From assembly GCA_963741945.1 (NCBI GenBank), contig CAVUKA010000003.1:256001-320000 (forward strand): a stretch of 64,000 bases of DNA, written 5' to 3'. This DNA comes from an uncultured Gemmatimonadales bacterium (GTDB lineage: Bacteria > Gemmatimonadota > Gemmatimonadetes > Longimicrobiales > RSA9). A program made the translations under genes and the position numbers. Below are positions 43,059-53,443 of the stretch, in pieces. The notes under the pieces were generated by a model that was given only the letters and a program-made list of their open reading frames with translations, searched no databases and was not told the origin of the DNA. The number at the start of each line of letters is the position of its first letter. Positions within the stretch are counted from its first letter, which is position 1.

Positions 43059-43129
43059 TTCCCCGGGGTGGATTCGAACCACCATTGGAGGATCCAAAGT
43101 CCTCCGTCCTGCCATTAGACGACCGGGGA
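43059..43129 (-). tRNA. tRNA-Gln (anticodon TTG), CCA not encoded
   Basis: Acceptor TCCCCGG/CCGGGGA, anticodon arm GAGGA-CTTTGGA-TCCTC, T arm GGTGG-TTCGAAT-CCACC. Confidence 0.95.
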
Positions 43130-43392
43130 TCGTTGTCTGATCGAGTCCGACGCGAACGGGCACGGGCGCTTTCACGGGCGTGCCGCGCGCATGATCGGAT
43201 AACGCAGATTCTAGTGCCTGAGGGCGCTTCAAGCCACCGCCCTGGGGCCGCGGCCGCACGGCGGTACCGGCGCCAGGGGGGCATGGTGATCGGGCGCCGC
43301 TCCTTGCCCGGCCGACAACGGCGCGTGCGGCCCCGGGCTTGCACGCAGCCGTGCTTCAGTGAATCTGCGCCACGCCACCAACGAGGTCACGC

Positions 43393-43545
43393 ATGCCCGC
43401 CCGCGTCGCAATCACCCGGGATCGTTCCGACATCGCCGCTGCCATCGCCGGGGCGCTGGACGCGCTGCCCATCGAAGAGATCGTCCGCGGCCGCTTCGTG
43501 GCCACCAAGGCCTACGGTGAGCGGCTGACGTTCGAGCACGAGTGA
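43393..43545 (+). pseudogene. 50-aa remnant, probably an internally deleted DUF362-family gene
   Basis: GAGG RBS; MPARVAITR...AIAGALDALPIEEIVRGRFVA joined directly to TKAYGERLTFEHE-stop. Confidence 0.45.
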
Positions 43546-43659
43546 TGCCCCCGCGCGGTCGTGACCGGCGGGCGGGGCGGGCGGAGACGCGCCGTGGAGC
43601 CCGGCTCCATTCTTCGCGGCGGGGCTCGCCCCTCGTCCCGCTGGAGGCCGGCGTGCGGG

Positions 43660-44586
43660 TCAGCTGATCGCGGTACGGGTGCGGGTCAGGACGACGTCGA
43701 CGCCCGGGTGCGTCGCTGACAGTCGGTCGGCGGCAGCGCGGGCCGCATCTTCGGCAGCGAAGACCCCGAACACCGTCGAGCCGCTGCCGGCCAGCAGCGC
43801 AATGGCGGCACCGGCCGCGCGGAGGTCGTCGCGCAGCGAGGCCAGGATGGGGTGGAGCCGGAAGAGCACCGGCTCGAAGTCGTTCACGGCCTCACGGGCG
43901 ACATCCTCCCACGACGCCTCGCGCGATGGGGCGACGGACGCATCTTCGGCTCCCCCGCCCCGTGCCGCGCATCCAGCGCGCGTCTCACCCGCGCCCCGGG
44001 CTCGGTCCAGCGCCGAATAGGCGGCGGCCGTGGACAGGTGGAGCGGCGGAAGCGCCAGCACTACGGGGCGCGACGGCAGCGGCGGCAGGGCCGACAGCTT
44101 CTCGCCCCGGCCGCGCCCGATGGCCAGCGGGGCCCCGGACGCGAAGAACGGGACATCGCTTCCCAGCGATGCCGCGATCTCCAGCACGTCCTCCGGGGGG
44201 AGCGCGGCGGGGTCGAGGCCGGCCAGCCCGCGCAGCATCGCACCGGCATCGCTGGAGCCACCGCCGAGGCCAGCACCCGCCGGGATGCACTTCTTCAGAC
44301 GGATCTCGAGCCCGGGGGAGAGCCCCGCGGCCCGCGTGAACGCCACCGCCGCGCGCACGGCCAGGTTGAAGTGGTCCGGCCCCATGTCCGGGAGCGCCCG
44401 CAGCGGTGGCGCGGCTTCCGCCCGCAGCGTCGGCACCGTGCGATCGGGCGTCCACTCGACGACGAGCTCGTCCGCCAGATCGAGGGCGCAGAAGAGGGTT
44501 TCGATCGGATGGTAGCCATCGGGCCGGCGGTCGCCGATGCGGAGCCGCAGGTTCACCTTGGCCAGAGCGGAGAGCGTCAGCGTCAT
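43660..44586 (-). CDS. ispE: 4-diphosphocytidyl-2-C-methyl-D-erythritol kinase
   Basis: AKVNL, DGYH, IPAGAGLGGGSSDA, LGSDVPFF, GSGSTVF. Confidence 0.95.
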   Translation of the reverse strand: MTLTLSALAKVNLRLRIGDRRPDGYHPIETLFCALDLADELVVEWTPDRTVPTLRAEAAPPLRALPDMGPDHFNLAVRAAVAFTRAAGLSPGLEIRLKKCIPAGAGLGGGSSDAGAMLRGLAGLDPAALPPEDVLEIAASLGSDVPFFASGAPLAIGRGRGEKLSALPPLPSRPVVLALPPLHLSTAAAYSALDRARGAGETRAGCAARGGGAEDASVAPSREASWEDVAREAVNDFEPVLFRLHPILASLRDDLRAAGAAIALLAGSGSTVFGVFAAEDAARAAADRLSATHPGVDVVLTRTRTAIS

Positions 44587-44634
44587 GGGGATGCGCGCTC
44601 CGCCGTCAGCCCGGGCACCGCCGGGCCTCGGGCA

Positions 44635-45741
44635 TCAGCCCCATCGGTCGCCGGGAGCCGATGGCGCGCCGGGCCTGGACTCCGCCCGCTCCTCGACCGC
44701 TTCCTCCACCGCCAGCTCGCTGCGCCCCATGTCGGACCACGAGAGGCCGGCCCGCCACAGGTAGTACAGCCCGATCACGGTGATGGGGATGAACCCGGCG
44801 AGGTGCAGCCCGAGGGCGAACGCCACCGCGTGCGACGATTCCACTCCCCACACCTGCACCAGTCCCACCCTCGCCGCGGCCTCGAACACCCCGAAGAAGC
44901 CGGGCGCGGACGGAAGAGAGACGGCCAGGGCGATGATCGACTGCAGGAACACGGCGGCAATGAAGGGGGCGTGGATATCGAACGCTTTGAACCCGATCCA
45001 GGTGGCCACGGCCACGTTCAGCCAGAGGACCACGGACCAGGCCAGCACCTGGAGCACCAGCCGCCATTCGCGCAGCGCCGCCATGCCGTCGAGGAACGCC
45101 TCGAGGGCGTCGACCACGAGGCGGCGGAGGCGACGGGGGAGCAGACGAGCCACGGTCGCCTCGAACAGCCCGACGGACTTCTCGGGCCAGGAGACCATGA
45201 CAACCAGGACCGCGAAGCCGACCACGAGCACAGCGGCCGCGCCCACCGCGTAGGATCCGAAATCGTGGCCCGAGACATCGGGGAAGCCCGGCCACCAGAG
45301 CGCGATGAACAACAGCGACACCACCATGAGCGCGTCGAACAACCGCTCGACCACGAGCGAGCCGAACGCCGCGGAAACGCGCACCGGCTCGAAGCGGGTC
45401 AGGGCGAACGCGCGGGCGAACTCACCCACCCTCGCGGGGAGCAGGTTGTTCGCCATGAAGCCGATGCAGGTGGCGGCGAAGCGCGGCCGGAAGGCGGTGT
45501 CGGGGAAGGAGGGGCGCAGGAGCGGCCTCCATCGGAACGCGCGGAGCGGAAACGGCAGCGTGAGCGCCACCGCGGTCAGGACCAGCAGCGGGACATTGGC
45601 GCCGCGGATCTCCCGCCATACTTCGGCGAGGTCCACGTCCCGGAAGGTGTACCAGAGGAGCGCGACGCTGAGGAGCACGCCCAGCACGCCTTTCCACTCC
45701 AGGAAAGGGCGCCGTCGAGCTTCCGCGGCGCCGCCGGCCAT
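44635..45741 (-). CDS. Lysylphosphatidylglycerol synthase TM-domain (UPF0104) protein
   Basis: RAFRW, GFMANNLLPARVGE, ERLFD, PSAPG. Confidence 0.85.
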   Translation of the reverse strand: MAGGAAEARRRPFLEWKGVLGVLLSVALLWYTFRDVDLAEVWREIRGANVPLLVLTAVALTLPFPLRAFRWRPLLRPSFPDTAFRPRFAATCIGFMANNLLPARVGEFARAFALTRFEPVRVSAAFGSLVVERLFDALMVVSLLFIALWWPGFPDVSGHDFGSYAVGAAAVLVVGFAVLVVMVSWPEKSVGLFEATVARLLPRRLRRLVVDALEAFLDGMAALREWRLVLQVLAWSVVLWLNVAVATWIGFKAFDIHAPFIAAVFLQSIIALAVSLPSAPGFFGVFEAAARVGLVQVWGVESSHAVAFALGLHLAGFIPITVIGLYYLWRAGLSWSDMGRSELAVEEAVEERAESRPGAPSAPGDRWG

Positions 45742-45926
45742 CACTTCATCCCCAGACGGATCAGGTCGAACAGCTCATCGAGGATCGGCCCCACGGGGGC
45801 CCCGGTCACCAGGGCGTCCTCCAGCGCGGTGCGGAGTTCCAGCGCCCGCTCGAGTGCCGGGTGGGGCGCGTACTCCAGCGTTCCGATGTCCACTTCCCCC
45901 GCTTCGCTCGACCGGCTTGCGACCAT
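45741..45926 (-). CDS. Small hypothetical protein
   Basis: GGAGG RBS, 61 aa, fills the gap between pdxJ and the next gene. Confidence 0.55.
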   Translation of the reverse strand: MVASRSSEAGEVDIGTLEYAPHPALERALELRTALEDALVTGAPVGPILDELFDLIRLGMK

Positions 45927-45937
45927 GCGTCCTCCGC

Positions 45938-46675
45938 TCAGGGGTGGCCGTGCGTGCGCGCGGCCGCGATCAGCGCCTTCATCTCGCGCACCGCCGCCTC
46001 CATGCCCGTGAACAGTGCGCGGCTGATCACGCTGTGCCCGATGTTCAGCTCCTCGATCTCCTCGATCGCCGCCACGGGCGCCGTGTTCTCGTACGTCAGG
46101 CCGTGGCCGGCGTGGACGTCGAGGCCGAGGGAGCGACCGAGCGCCGCAGCGCGACGCAGGCGATCCAGCTCTTCCGGCGCCCCCCGGCCGGGGCGCCATG
46201 CGTTGGCATACTCGCCCGTGTGCAGCTCCACGGCATCCACACCGAGCGCCGCGGCGGCGCGGAGTGTTGCGTCGTCCGGGTCGATGAAGAGCGATGTGCG
46301 CACGCCCGCGGCCATGAGGCCCCGGACGGCGGTCTCGATCCGCCCGGTGTCGCCAGCCAGCGAGAGGCCCCCTTCCGTGGTGACCTCCTCCCGTCGCTCG
46401 GGAACGAGTGTCGCGGCCATGGGCGCGAGCTCTTCCGCCAGCGCGACGATCCCGTCCGCCGCGGCCAGCTCGAGGTTGACCCCCGTGCGGGCGGTGGCCA
46501 TGAGGAGCCGGACGTCCCTGTCCTGGATGTGGCGGCGGTCCTCACGCAGGTGGACGGTGATGCCGTCCGCGCCGCCCAGCTCGGCGAGCACGGCGGCGCG
46601 CACCGGGTCCGGCTCGTCCGTGCGGCGAGCCTGCCGGACCGTGGCCACGTGGTCGATGTTGATGTGGAGCCGCAT
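45938..46675 (-). CDS. pdxJ: Pyridoxine 5'-phosphate synthase
   Basis: [38 protein letters not shown]. Confidence 0.95.
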   Translation of the reverse strand: MRLHINIDHVATVRQARRTDEPDPVRAAVLAELGGADGITVHLREDRRHIQDRDVRLLMATARTGVNLELAAADGIVALAEELAPMAATLVPERREEVTTEGGLSLAGDTGRIETAVRGLMAAGVRTSLFIDPDDATLRAAAALGVDAVELHTGEYANAWRPGRGAPEELDRLRRAAALGRSLGLDVHAGHGLTYENTAPVAAIEEIEELNIGHSVISRALFTGMEAAVREMKALIAAARTHGHP

Positions 46676-47544
46676 CAGTCGGTCAGGAGTGCTTCCAGTT
46701 GATCGGCACGCTCCGGGTCGAGCCCGGCCGCGCGGGCGAGCTGCAGCGTTTCGAGCCCGACGACGCAATATAGGCGTCGCTCCCGCCCCGACAACCGCGA
46801 GAGGTGCAGTCGGACCGTGTCGAGGTCGCCCCGGGCGACGGGCCCGGTGAGCGCGGCGCCGAAGCCCAGCTGCTCCACGTTGTCCATGGTGCCGCGCATG
46901 AGCGGGAGCGCCGCAGCAACGGCCTCATCTTCGGGAATCCCGGCCTCCGCCAGCGTCCGGGCCACCACGGCCGCGGCCGCGAGGACGTAGTTCGAGGCGA
47001 ACACGGCCGCGGCGTGGTAGAGCGGCCGGAGCGTGGGCGGGATCACGAGCGCGCGACCGCCGAGAGCGGCCACGATCCGGCGCGCGGCGGTGAGCGCCGC
47101 GGGCTCACCGGCCACGGCATAGGCGCAGCCGACGAGCCGGTCGGCGCCGGACCACGGATCGGCCACGGTCTGGAGCGGGTGCAGCGATCCCACGGCGTAG
47201 CCCGCGCCGTGGAGTGGGGCGAGGACATCCGTGGACAGGGCGCCCGACAGGTGAAGGGCCGCGCAGCCGCCCGGATGCGACCCGGCGAGCGCCACCTGGT
47301 TGGCCACCTCGTGGAGCGCGTCGTCCGGCACGGCGAGGAGAAGCACGGTCGTGTCCTCCGGCACGGGGCCGTATCCCATCCGATACGACACGTGCTCGGC
47401 CGCGCCATCGAACAGCGGGTGCGGCGGTGGCTCGGGTGAGCGACCGAAATAGACGAGCGTCTCCGCCTCCCTGGCGTGACTGAGCGCCACTCCGATCGCC
47501 AGGCCCATCCGGCCCGGCCCGACCACCGCCAGGCGCTCGCTCAT
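46675..47544 (-). CDS. Rossmann-like/DUF2520 protein (PanG-like)
   Basis: [41 protein letters not shown]. Confidence 0.88.
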   Translation of the reverse strand: MSERLAVVGPGRMGLAIGVALSHAREAETLVYFGRSPEPPPHPLFDGAAEHVSYRMGYGPVPEDTTVLLLAVPDDALHEVANQVALAGSHPGGCAALHLSGALSTDVLAPLHGAGYAVGSLHPLQTVADPWSGADRLVGCAYAVAGEPAALTAARRIVAALGGRALVIPPTLRPLYHAAAVFASNYVLAAAAVVARTLAEAGIPEDEAVAAALPLMRGTMDNVEQLGFGAALTGPVARGDLDTVRLHLSRLSGRERRLYCVVGLETLQLARAAGLDPERADQLEALLTD

Positions 47545-48839
47545 GCCGCCCCGTTGATCTGGATCCCCTCCCGCTGCCGCAGGCGGCCCAGGGTGGGCTG
47601 GGGGATCCTCGCCCTCAGGTCGATGGTCGTGCCCCGCTCCTCGCGACTGAGCACTTCGCCCTCACGGTAGACCGTGGCCAGGCTCTCCCCGTCGGCGGCG
47701 GGGATGAGGAGCTGCACTTCCGGCCGCTGGCTCCGCACCTCGTCTTCGAGCAGCTCCACCAGCTCGTTCAGCCCATCCCGCTCCACCGTGGACGTGAATA
47801 CCGCCGGCTCCGGGAACATCGCGCGCGAGCGGGCCCGGAGCGCGGCCTCCTCGTCGTGCGTGAGCTGATCCACCTTGTTGAACACGAGCGCGACCGGCAC
47901 GTCATCGAGCTCGAGATCCGTGAGCACGTCCTCCACTACCCCCTTCTGCTCCTCCCAGCGGGGGTGGGACCCGTCGATCACGTGGAGCAGGACATCCGCT
48001 TCCGCAGCCTCTTCCAGCGTGGCCCGGAACGAGGCGACGAGGTGGTGGGGCAGCTTGCGGATGAACCCGACCGTGTCCGTCACCAGCACTTTCGATCCCA
48101 TGGGCAGCTCCACCTGCCGTGTGGCCGGGTCCAGGGTGGCGAACAGGCGGTCCTCGATGAACAGCTCCGCGCCCGAGAGCGCGCGCAGCAGGCTGGACTT
48201 GCCCGCATTGGTGTAGCCGACCAGCGCGGCCTGGAACTCGCCGGAACGACCTTTCCGTTGCGTGGCCCGACGCCGCGCGACCACCTGGAGCTTGTCGCGC
48301 AGGTCGCTGATGCGGCGGCTGATGATCCGACGGTCGGTCTCCAGCTGCGTCTCGCCCGGGCCCCGGAGCCCGATGCCGCCACGGATGCGGGAAAGGTGGG
48401 TCCACATCCGCTTGAGCCGAGGGAGCAGGTACTCGAGCTGGGCCAGCTCGACCTGCAGCTGCGCCTCGTTCGTGCGCGCCCGCGTCGCGAAGATGTCCAG
48501 GATGAGCTCGGTGCGGTCCAGGACCCGCACGTCGAGGAGGTCCTCCAGGTTCTTCCCCTGGGCGGGCGTCAGCTCATCATCGAAGATCACGAGCGTGGCC
48601 TGCCGGTCCTGCACCACCTGCCGCAGCTCCTTCGCCTTCCCTTCCCCGATGAAATACCTCGGGTGCGGCGCCGACAGCCGCTGGGTCAGCACGGCGACGA
48701 CGTTCGCACCGGCTGTGTCGCTGAGTCGCCCCAGCTCCTCCAGGTGCTCGTCCGCCTCCTCCGACGAGATGTCCGCCGTGGGCGCGCCGACCAGTACCGC
48801 CCGCTCTTCGGGCTCAGCGAGCGAAATCGTGTCTCGTAT
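47541..48839 (-). CDS. hflX: Ribosome-splitting GTPase HflX (probable ATA start)
   Basis: ILDIF, QVELAQL, GPGETQLE, GYTNAGKS, FATLD, DTVGFI, NKVD; N-domain extends to ATA after AGGAGG. Confidence 0.93.
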   Translation of the reverse strand: MRDTISLAEPEERAVLVGAPTADISSEEADEHLEELGRLSDTAGANVVAVLTQRLSAPHPRYFIGEGKAKELRQVVQDRQATLVIFDDELTPAQGKNLEDLLDVRVLDRTELILDIFATRARTNEAQLQVELAQLEYLLPRLKRMWTHLSRIRGGIGLRGPGETQLETDRRIISRRISDLRDKLQVVARRRATQRKGRSGEFQAALVGYTNAGKSSLLRALSGAELFIEDRLFATLDPATRQVELPMGSKVLVTDTVGFIRKLPHHLVASFRATLEEAAEADVLLHVIDGSHPRWEEQKGVVEDVLTDLELDDVPVALVFNKVDQLTHDEEAALRARSRAMFPEPAVFTSTVERDGLNELVELLEDEVRSQRPEVQLLIPAADGESLATVYREGEVLSREERGTTIDLRARIPQPTLGRLRQREGIQINGAA

Positions 48840-48863
48840 GGGATCCTCCTCAGTGGTCCTTCG

Positions 48864-49334
48864 TCAGCGGACCATGGACTCGGTCACTGTCCCGACGTGC
48901 CTGAAATCCAGTTGCCGCCGGACCGGCCCGGTCACGGATACAGTGCCGCTGACACGATAATCGAACGACCCGCGATCGAGCAGCGCCTGCGCAGCGTGGC
49001 CCAGGGTGCGGAACGTGAAATCCACCGGGACCGCCACTTCCATGCTGTCCCCCGCCGGCACCGCGAGGTCGCGGTCGATCCGCCCCTCCGTGAAATCGGT
49101 CCAGCCGTCGCCTTGCGGCGTCTGCACTTCGAGTCGGTAGCGAACGCCGTCGGCTTTCAGATCGAAGGTGTTCGGATTGTAGATCCCGAGCCGCACGTCC
49201 ATGACACCGCCGTTCAGGCCGACCGATGACAGTTTTACCCCCGCCAGCCAGATCCGGGGCTGCTTCACCTTCGGCACACACGCGCCCACAAGCAACAGGA
49301 TGGCAATCAGCGCCGCCCGCCGCGGGATCCGCAC
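48864..49334 (-). CDS. LEA type 2 (WHy domain) lipoprotein
   Basis: Lipobox LVGAC; YNPNTFDL; YRVSG. Confidence 0.8.
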   Translation of the reverse strand: MRIPRRAALIAILLLVGACVPKVKQPRIWLAGVKLSSVGLNGGVMDVRLGIYNPNTFDLKADGVRYRLEVQTPQGDGWTDFTEGRIDRDLAVPAGDSMEVAVPVDFTFRTLGHAAQALLDRGSFDYRVSGTVSVTGPVRRQLDFRHVGTVTESMVR

Positions 49335-49341
49335 GATCCTC

Positions 49342-50769
49342 CTATCCCTCACCGCCGCCTCCACTCTCACTGGACTCATCCCGGAGCTTCGCCCACCAGG
49401 CCAGGCGCTCACCGATGCGTTTCTCGTGCCCGAAGTCGCTCGGCTCGTAGAAGCGCGCGCCGCGCAGCCGCTCCGGCAGGTACGCCTGTGGAATGTAGTG
49501 GTCCGCGGAATCGAACGCGTAATGATAATCCGTCCCGTAGCCCAGGTCCTTCATCAGCCGCGTCGGCGCGTTCCGGATGTGGAGCGGCACGGGCTCCGCC
49601 GGCGTGTCCCTCGCCGCCGACCGCGCTGCGCCGAACGCCGCATACAGCCGGTTCGACTTGGGCGACGTGGCGAGGTACACGGCGGCCTCGGCCAGTGCAA
49701 GATCGCCTTCCGGCGACCCGAGCATCTGGTACGCGTCACGCGCGGCCACGGCCACCGCGAGCGCGTTCGGATCGGACAACCCGATGTCTTCCATGGCCAT
49801 GCGGATCAGGCGACGAGCGGCGTAGAGCGGATCCTCGCCACCCTCCAGGAGCCGAGCGAGCCAGTACAGCGCACCGTCCGGGTCGCTCCCCCGCACCGCC
49901 TTGTGCAGGGCCGAGATGATGTTGTAGTGCTCCTCCCCTCCCTTGTCGTAGCGGGCGACGCGCTGCTGGAGCGCCTCCCTCGCCCGTCCCGCATCGATGC
50001 GCCCCCCGTCACCGGCGAGGGTGGCCGCAGTCTCCAGGGCGTTCAGCGCCCGACGGGCATCGCCGTCCGCCTCGCGGGCGATGAGCGCGATGGCGTCGTC
50101 GTCCACGTCCAGGTCCCGGCCCCCGAGCCCCCGCTCCTCGTCGGCCAGCGCGCGCCGGAGGATCCGCTGCAGGTCGTCGTCCCCCAGCGGCTCGAGCACG
50201 AACACGCGGGCGCGACTCAGGAGCGCGCCGATGACCTCGAACGACGGGTTTTCCGTGGTGGCGCCAATGAGCGAAATCGTACCCGCCTCCACGTGCGGCA
50301 GAAACGCATCCTGCTGCGCCTTGTTGAAGCGGTGGATCTCGTCACAGAAGAGGATCGTCCGGCGCCCCATTCCCCTCAGCCGGGCTTCGGCCTGCTTCAT
50401 GATCTCGCGCACCCGGGGAACGCCCTCGGTCACCGCGCTGAAGGGGACGAACGTGGCGTTGGTACGCTCGGCGATGACGCGGGCGATGGTGGTCTTCCCG
50501 GTGCCCGGTGGCCCCCAGAGGATCAGGCTCCCCACTTCGTCCTTCTCGATGAGCTCGCGGAGCGCGCGATCGGGGCCGAGGATCCGCTCCTGGCCGACGA
50601 ACTCGTCCAGCGTGCGCGGACGCATCCTCGCGGCCAGAGGCGCGGCAGCGTCGACGTCCCGAGCCGATGCCGCTTCTCCCGCACTGCTGTCGGCATCACC
50701 GGCATCGGGGGCATTCCCGGGGGACTCCGGAGAGGGGCGTCGGCCGCCGAACAGGTCCAGATCACTCAT
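49342..50769 (-). CDS. rarA: Replication-associated recombination protein A
   Basis: PLAARMRP, WGPPGTGKTT, DEIHRFNKAQQD, ISALHKAVRGSD. Confidence 0.95.
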   Translation of the reverse strand: MSDLDLFGGRRPSPESPGNAPDAGDADSSAGEAASARDVDAAAPLAARMRPRTLDEFVGQERILGPDRALRELIEKDEVGSLILWGPPGTGKTTIARVIAERTNATFVPFSAVTEGVPRVREIMKQAEARLRGMGRRTILFCDEIHRFNKAQQDAFLPHVEAGTISLIGATTENPSFEVIGALLSRARVFVLEPLGDDDLQRILRRALADEERGLGGRDLDVDDDAIALIAREADGDARRALNALETAATLAGDGGRIDAGRAREALQQRVARYDKGGEEHYNIISALHKAVRGSDPDGALYWLARLLEGGEDPLYAARRLIRMAMEDIGLSDPNALAVAVAARDAYQMLGSPEGDLALAEAAVYLATSPKSNRLYAAFGAARSAARDTPAEPVPLHIRNAPTRLMKDLGYGTDYHYAFDSADHYIPQAYLPERLRGARFYEPSDFGHEKRIGERLAWWAKLRDESSESGGGGEG

Positions 50770-52099
50770 GGAGCCAGTCCCTCCGGATCCGGTCGAGCAG
50801 GGCATCCCGGGTGTTCAGCCGGGGGTCGTCCGTGACGAGCTCCAGGAGAGCGGCGAGCACCTCACCGAACAGGGGCCCGGGCTGAAGACCGAGCTGCTTG
50901 AGATCCGCGCCTCCAATGGCCAGGTCCGTGGTTGCGAGGGCCGGACGCTCCGCGAGGACGCGATGCACTTTGGCCCACCGCTCCAGCAGGTCGTCGGGGC
51001 GCCCACCGCCCGGGTGCCGGCCGCGCCAGAGGGCGAAGCGGAGGCGGAAGAGGTCGCGCGCCAGGTCGGCGCCGACGTCGCGGAGCCACCGCCGCACGCC
51101 GGCATCGGGCGCGTCCGGCGGGAACAGGTCGGGGTGATGGCGCACGAGTCGGACCACCCACGCGGTATCCGCGTTCGACGCCTTGAGCCGACGCATGACG
51201 TCTTCCGCTTTCCGGCCCCCGAGAACCTCGTGACCCGTGTACCGCCAGCCGCCGCGCAGATCGCGGGTGCGGGCGGGCGGCATCCCGGTGGCGTGGAGGA
51301 GCGCGGCCAGGCGAACCAGGGGGCGCGTGGGCGGTATCGCGTCCACGGCGCGGAGCGTGACCGTCCACAGGTCGTCCGCTCCCGGGTCGGGGCGCTCACC
51401 GCCCAGCGGGGCGAGCTCGGGATAGAGCGGATCGAGGGCACCCGAGCTTCGGTAGAGATCCAGTGCCAGCGACGGCTGACGCGCCTGGCCGAGCACTTTC
51501 ATCAGCTCCTCCCGCACCCGCTCCGAGGAGAGCTCGGGCAGGTGCGGCACAGCCTCCTTCAGCGCAGCCCAGGTCTCGGGCGCCACATCCAGGCCGAACT
51601 GTCCGGCGAACCGCAGGGCACGCAGCACGCGCAGGTAATCCTCGGCAAAGCGCTCGCGGGGCTCGCCCACGGTGCGGAGCCGTCCCTCCTCCAGGTCGCG
51701 CCGGCCGTCGAACGGGTCCAGGAGCTCGCCGGTGAGGGGCCGCCAGGCCACGGCGTTTATCGTGAAGTCACGACGCGAGAGATCCTCCTCGACGCGGTCG
51801 GCGAACTCCACCACCGCGTGGCGGCCGAACGTCTCCACGTCGCGACGGAACGTGGTCACCTCGTAGAGGTCGCGGCCCTCCAGAACGCCCACGGTTCCGT
51901 GGTCGATGCCGATGGGCACGGTGCGCCGGAAGAGCGTCATCACGTCGCGCGGGCGGGCCCGCGTCGCCAGGTCCCAGTCCCCGGCGGGGCGCCCGGCCAC
52001 GCGATCACGCACGGCACCGCCCACGGCCCACGCCTCGTACCCGGCGTCCTCGAGCCGCTGCGCGATCCGGCGGACCGCCTCCGGGGGACCGAGGTCCAT
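50762..52099 (-). CDS. cca: CCA tRNA nucleotidyltransferase
   Basis: VGGAVRD, DWDLAT, RRDFTINA, EDYLRVLRALRF. Confidence 0.88.
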   Translation of the reverse strand: MDLGPPEAVRRIAQRLEDAGYEAWAVGGAVRDRVAGRPAGDWDLATRARPRDVMTLFRRTVPIGIDHGTVGVLEGRDLYEVTTFRRDVETFGRHAVVEFADRVEEDLSRRDFTINAVAWRPLTGELLDPFDGRRDLEEGRLRTVGEPRERFAEDYLRVLRALRFAGQFGLDVAPETWAALKEAVPHLPELSSERVREELMKVLGQARQPSLALDLYRSSGALDPLYPELAPLGGERPDPGADDLWTVTLRAVDAIPPTRPLVRLAALLHATGMPPARTRDLRGGWRYTGHEVLGGRKAEDVMRRLKASNADTAWVVRLVRHHPDLFPPDAPDAGVRRWLRDVGADLARDLFRLRFALWRGRHPGGGRPDDLLERWAKVHRVLAERPALATTDLAIGGADLKQLGLQPGPLFGEVLAALLELVTDDPRLNTRDALLDRIRRDWLHE

Positions 52100-52107
52100 G
52101 GCCTCGC

Positions 52108-52869
52108 TCAGCCGCAGAGCACCGACCCGCCGTTCACGTTCACCACCTCACCGGTGATGTGCCGGGCGAGCCCGGAGCAGAGAAAGACGATGGGGCCGGC
52201 GACGTCATCCGCGGAGGCCACCCGACCCAGCGGGATGGTCCGCTCGATCCGCTCCCGGCCGCCGTCCGCGTACGAGTACGCGGCCATTTCCGTATCGATC
52301 CATCCGGGCGCCACGCAGTTCACCGTGATGCCTCGCGGCGCCAGCTCCACGGCCACTCCCTTGACGAGGGAGATGAGCGCGCCCTTCGTCGCCGCGTAAT
52401 CCCCGTGATTGGCTTCACCTCGCTGCCCGGCCGTCGAGCCCACGAGGATCACCCGCCCGCCCTCTGCCAGGAGGGAGGCTGCGCCGCGCACGGAGTAGAA
52501 GACGGCATCGAGATTCACCGCGATCGTCCGCCGCCACTGCGCGTCCGTCATGGCCGCGATCGGCACATCGTCCACGGGCCAGATGCCGGCATTGGCCACC
52601 AGGATATCGAGTCCGCCGAACTCGGCCTCCACTTTCCGGAAGAGCGCATCCACGGCGCCAGGATCGGCCAGGTCGAGTCCCATGGCCCAGGCGCGGCCGC
52701 CCTCCCGCGCGATGTCCGCGATCACGGCCGCCGCGTCCGCCTCGCGCTCACGGAAGGTTATGGCCACGTCCGCGCCCGCCCGCCCGAGCATCCGGGCCAC
52801 CGCGGCGCCGACGCCACGGGAGCCGCCGGTCACCAGCGCGCGCTTTCCCGCAAGATCAATCGGAAGCAT
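52108..52869 (-). CDS. SDR family oxidoreductase (FabG-like)
   Basis: TGGSRGVG, NAGI, YAATK, VAPG. Confidence 0.9.
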   Translation of the reverse strand: MLPIDLAGKRALVTGGSRGVGAAVARMLGRAGADVAITFREREADAAAVIADIAREGGRAWAMGLDLADPGAVDALFRKVEAEFGGLDILVANAGIWPVDDVPIAAMTDAQWRRTIAVNLDAVFYSVRGAASLLAEGGRVILVGSTAGQRGEANHGDYAATKGALISLVKGVAVELAPRGITVNCVAPGWIDTEMAAYSYADGGRERIERTIPLGRVASADDVAGPIVFLCSGLARHITGEVVNVNGGSVLCG

Positions 52870-53443
52870 GGAATCGTCCTTCCACCGTGTCGCAGATCAC
52901 GTGGCCAATGGCCAGCTGAAGCTCCTGAGCCCGGGCGCCGTCGTCCGTCGGCACGATCAGCGCGTGGTCCACCAGCGCCGCGAGTGGTCCGCCGCCCCGG
53001 GCGAGGAGCGCCACCGTCACCAGACCGCGTGCGCGCGCGGCCTCGGCAGCGCGCAGCAGGTTCGGCGACTGCCCGGACGTGCTGTGGAGAAAGAGCAGAT
53101 CCCCCGGCCGCCCCAGCGCCTCCACCTGTCGCGCGAAAACATGATCGAAGCCGAAGTCGTTCGCAGCGGCCGTGAGCAGGGAAGTGTCCGTGGTGAGGGC
53201 GATGGCGGGGAGCGGCCGCCGATCGCGACGGAAGCGGACCACGTACTCCGTGGCCAGGTGCTGCGCGTCCGCGGCCGAGCCACCGTTGCCGCAGAAGAGC
53301 AGCATGTGCCCGCTCTCCAGCGTTGCGGCCGTCAGTTCGGCCAGTTCCGCCACATCGCCCGCCATGTCGCGGGCCACGCGCGTCGCGAGGTCCGCCAGCG
53401 CGTTCAGCTGCCGCATCGCGGCGTCCACTGCCGGGCTCTTCAT
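52856..53443 (-). CDS. gmhA: Phosphoheptose isomerase (SIS domain)
   Basis: CGNGGSAADAQH, ANDFGF, STSGQSPN. Confidence 0.88.
   Translation of the reverse strand: MKSPAVDAAMRQLNALADLATRVARDMAGDVAELAELTAATLESGHMLLFCGNGGSAADAQHLATEYVVRFRRDRRPLPAIALTTDTSLLTAAANDFGFDHVFARQVEALGRPGDLLFLHSTSGQSPNLLRAAEAARARGLVTVALLARGGGPLAALVDHALIVPTDDGARAQELQLAIGHVICDTVEGRFHASD

Noticed and set aside
47541..49334. Stop-codon readthrough fusing the LEA lipoprotein to HflX (same frame)
   Set aside because: Fusing an exported lipoprotein to a cytoplasmic GTPase is implausible, and a strong SD supports independent initiation
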